DNA from: Eledone cirrhosa | Lineage: Eukaryota | DNA: 64,000 nt | Direction of reading: 5' to 3' | NCBI GenBank assembly: GCA_964016885.1 | Contig: OZ024748.1 | Coordinates: 40,176,001 to 40,240,000 of the forward strand | In this document: in pieces, positions 61,466 through 64,000 of the stretch | Layout of the letters: the number at the start of each line of letters is the position of its first letter | How positions within the stretch are numbered: the first letter of the stretch is position 1 | The notes under the pieces: model-generated | Told to the model about the DNA's origin: nothing | The model's database searches: none | What the model saw: the letters and a program-made list of their open reading frames with translations, nothing else | Translations under genes and position numbers: made by a program

Positions 61466-64000
61466 ATTGGAATAAATGCTCTGAAATAGCGATATATATG
61501 TGAATATAGACATAGAATATTCGAAAATATTCTGTATGTTTATAATAAACATTTTGAAGACCTAATCGCTATAGAATAGAATACGTCACGTATTACAATT
61601 AGATTCTCGATAAAAGCAAGGGAAGTAATCTACGCGTTTCATTCTTGTTAGAAATCATCAGGACTACATATCCAGTGCTTTTATCGAGAATGACACAGCT
61701 AGAGACTTATAGAATACTTAGCTGTGTACAGGAACTGGTTTGAAAGAGCGGTTGCCGGTCCGGCAGAAATTAGAAATTGGAATAAATGCTCTGAAATAGC
61801 GATATATATGTGAATATAGACATAGAATATTCGAAAATATTCTGTATGTTTATAATAAACATTTTGAAGACCTAATCGCTATAGAATAGAATACGTCACG
61901 TATTACAATTAGATTCTCGATAAAAGCAAGGGAAGTAATCTACGCGTTTCATTCTTGTTAGAAATCATCAGGACTACATATCCAGTGCTTTTATCGAGAA
62001 TGACACAGCACTGGATATGTAGTCCTGATGATTTCTAACAAGAATGAAACGCGTAGATTACTTCCCTTGCTTTTATCGAGAATCTAATTGTAATACGTGA
62101 CGTATTCTATTCTATAGCGATTAGGTCTTCAAAATGTTTATTATAAACATACAGAATATTTTCGAATATTCTATGTCTATATTCACATATATATCGCTAT
62201 TTCAGAGCATTTATTCCAATTTCTAATTTCTGCCGGACCGGCAACCGCTCTTTCAAACCAGTTCCTGTACACAGCTAAGTATTCTATAAGTCTCTAGCTG
62301 TGTCATTCTCGATAAAAGCACTGGATATGTAGTCCTGATGATTTCTAACAAGAATGAAACGCGTAGATTACTTCCCTTGCTTTTATCGAGAATCTAATTG
62401 TAATACGTGACGTATTCTATTCTATAGCGATTAGGTCTTCAAAATGTTTATTATAAACATACAGAATATTTTCGAATATTCTATGTCTATATTCACATAT
62501 ATATCGCTATTTCAGAGCATTTATTCCAATTTCTAATTTCTGCCGGACCGGCAACCGCTCTTTCAAACCAGTTCCTGTACACAGCTAAGTATTCTATAAG
62601 TCTCTAGCTGTGTCATTCTCGATAAAAGCACTGGATATGTAGTCCTGATGATTTCTAACAAGAATGAAACGCGTAGATTACTTCCCTTGCTTTTATCGAG
62701 AATCTAATTGTAATACGTGACGTATTCTATTCTATAGCGATTAGGTCTTCAAAATGTTTATTATAAACATACAGAATATTTTCGAATATTCTATGTCTAT
62801 ATTCACATATATATCGCTATTTCAGAGCATTTATTCCAATTTCTAATTTCTGCCGGACCGGCAACCGCTCTTTCAAACCAGTTCCTGTACACAGCTAAGT
62901 ATTCTATAAGTCTCTAGCTGTGTCATTCTCGATAAAAGCACTGGATATGTAGTCCTGATGATTTCTAACAAGAATGAAACGCGTAGATTACTTCCCTTGC
63001 TTTTATCGAGAATCTAATTGTAATACGTGACGTATTCTATTCTATAGCGATTAGGTCTTCAAAATGTTTATTATAAACATACAGAATATTTTCGAATATT
63101 CTATGTCTATATTCACATATATATCGCTATTTCAGAGCATTTATTCCAATTTCTAATTTCTACCGGACCGGCAACCGCTCTTTCAAACCAGTTCCTGTAC
63201 ACAGCTAAGTATTCTATAAGTCTCTAGCTGTGTCATTCTCGATAAAAGCACTGGATATGTAGTCCTGATGATTTCTAACAAGAATGAAACGCGTAGATTA
63301 CTTCCCTTGCTTTTATCGAGAATCTAATTGTAATACGTGACGTATTCTATTCTATAGCGATTAGGTCTTCAAAATGTTTATTATAAACATACAGAATATT
63401 TTCGAATATTCTATGTCTATATTCACATATATATCGCTATTTCAGAGCATTTATTCCAATTTCTAATTTCTGCCGGACCGGCAACCGCTCTTTCAAACCA
63501 GTTCCTGTACACAGCTAAGTATTCTATAAGTCTCTAGCTGTGTCATTCTCGATAAAAGCACTGGATATGTAGTCCTGATGATTTCTAACAAGAATGAAAC
63601 GCGTAGATTACTTCCCTTGCTTTTATCGAGAATCTAATTGTAATACGTGACGTATTCTATTCTATAGCGATTAGGTCTTCAAAATGTTTATTATAAACAT
63701 ACAGAATATTTTCGAATATTCTATGTCTATATTCACATATATATCGCTATTTCAGAGCATTTATTCCAATTTCTAATTTCTGCCGGACCGGCAACCGCTC
63801 TTTCAAACCAGTTCCTGTACACAGCTAAGTATTCTATAAGTCTCTAGCTGTGTCATTCTCGATAAAAGCACTGGATATGTAGTCCTGATGATTTCTAACA
63901 AGAATGAAACGCGTAGATTACTTCCCTTGCTTTTATCGAGAATCTAATTGTAATACGTGACGTATTCTATTCTATAGCGATTAGGTCTTCAAAATGTTTA
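61466..64000. repeat. 310-bp tandem array with one hammerhead motif per unit; ~1.75 units inverted (61466-62009), then at least 6.4 units on + running off the window
   Basis: ctggatatgt recurs at 62011, 62321, 62631, 62941, 63251, 63561 and 63871. The only unit difference I noticed is G>A at 63162. Confidence 0.95.
62019..62061 (+). ncRNA. Minimal type I hammerhead ribozyme motif (first of 7 on +, every 310 bp; minus copies at 61625-61667 and 61935-61977)
   Basis: GTAGTC-CTGATGA-tTTCT aaca AGAAt-GAAAC gc GTA-GATTAC. Predicted cleavage after 62055; stem III is the palindrome ACGCGT. Confidence 0.88.

Noticed and set aside
40397-64000. First coding exon of STAT
   Set aside because: Searched by eye for an N-terminal M..W...FP.EVRH-type exon and found none; it probably lies beyond the window.

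Overview
Repeat-rich, AT-rich animal genomic DNA; the repeat families suggest a cephalopod (octopus-like), which is inference. The minus strand carries 11 GT-AG exons (40396 down to 5522) that splice in one frame into ~407 codons of a STAT5-like transcription factor (N-domain, coiled-coil, DNA-binding domain). I found no first coding exon, and the SH2/C-terminal exons are not in the window. The introns hold RTE-clade LINEs of at least three subfamilies (one with an apparently open ORF and a tandemly amplified 5' UTR), a Penelope-like element split by an RTE and carrying an inverted 3' duplicate, an internally deleted L1/Tx1 element, a full-length dead mariner, Helitron-like and TTAA (piggyBac-type) non-autonomous elements, SINEs and many mini/microsatellites. 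The most notable signal is a set of minimal type I hammerhead ribozyme motifs. A near-homogeneous 310-bp tandem array (61466-64000) has one motif per unit. A related 316-bp element (47685-48390) has a U3:A8 compensated core. Further motifs lie in the Penelope 3' repeat and in short 3'-end remnants. The ribozyme repeats share the Penelope element's head-to-head, 3'-ends-outward layout, which points to a Penelope-mobilised retrozyme/circular-RNA family inside the STAT introns.
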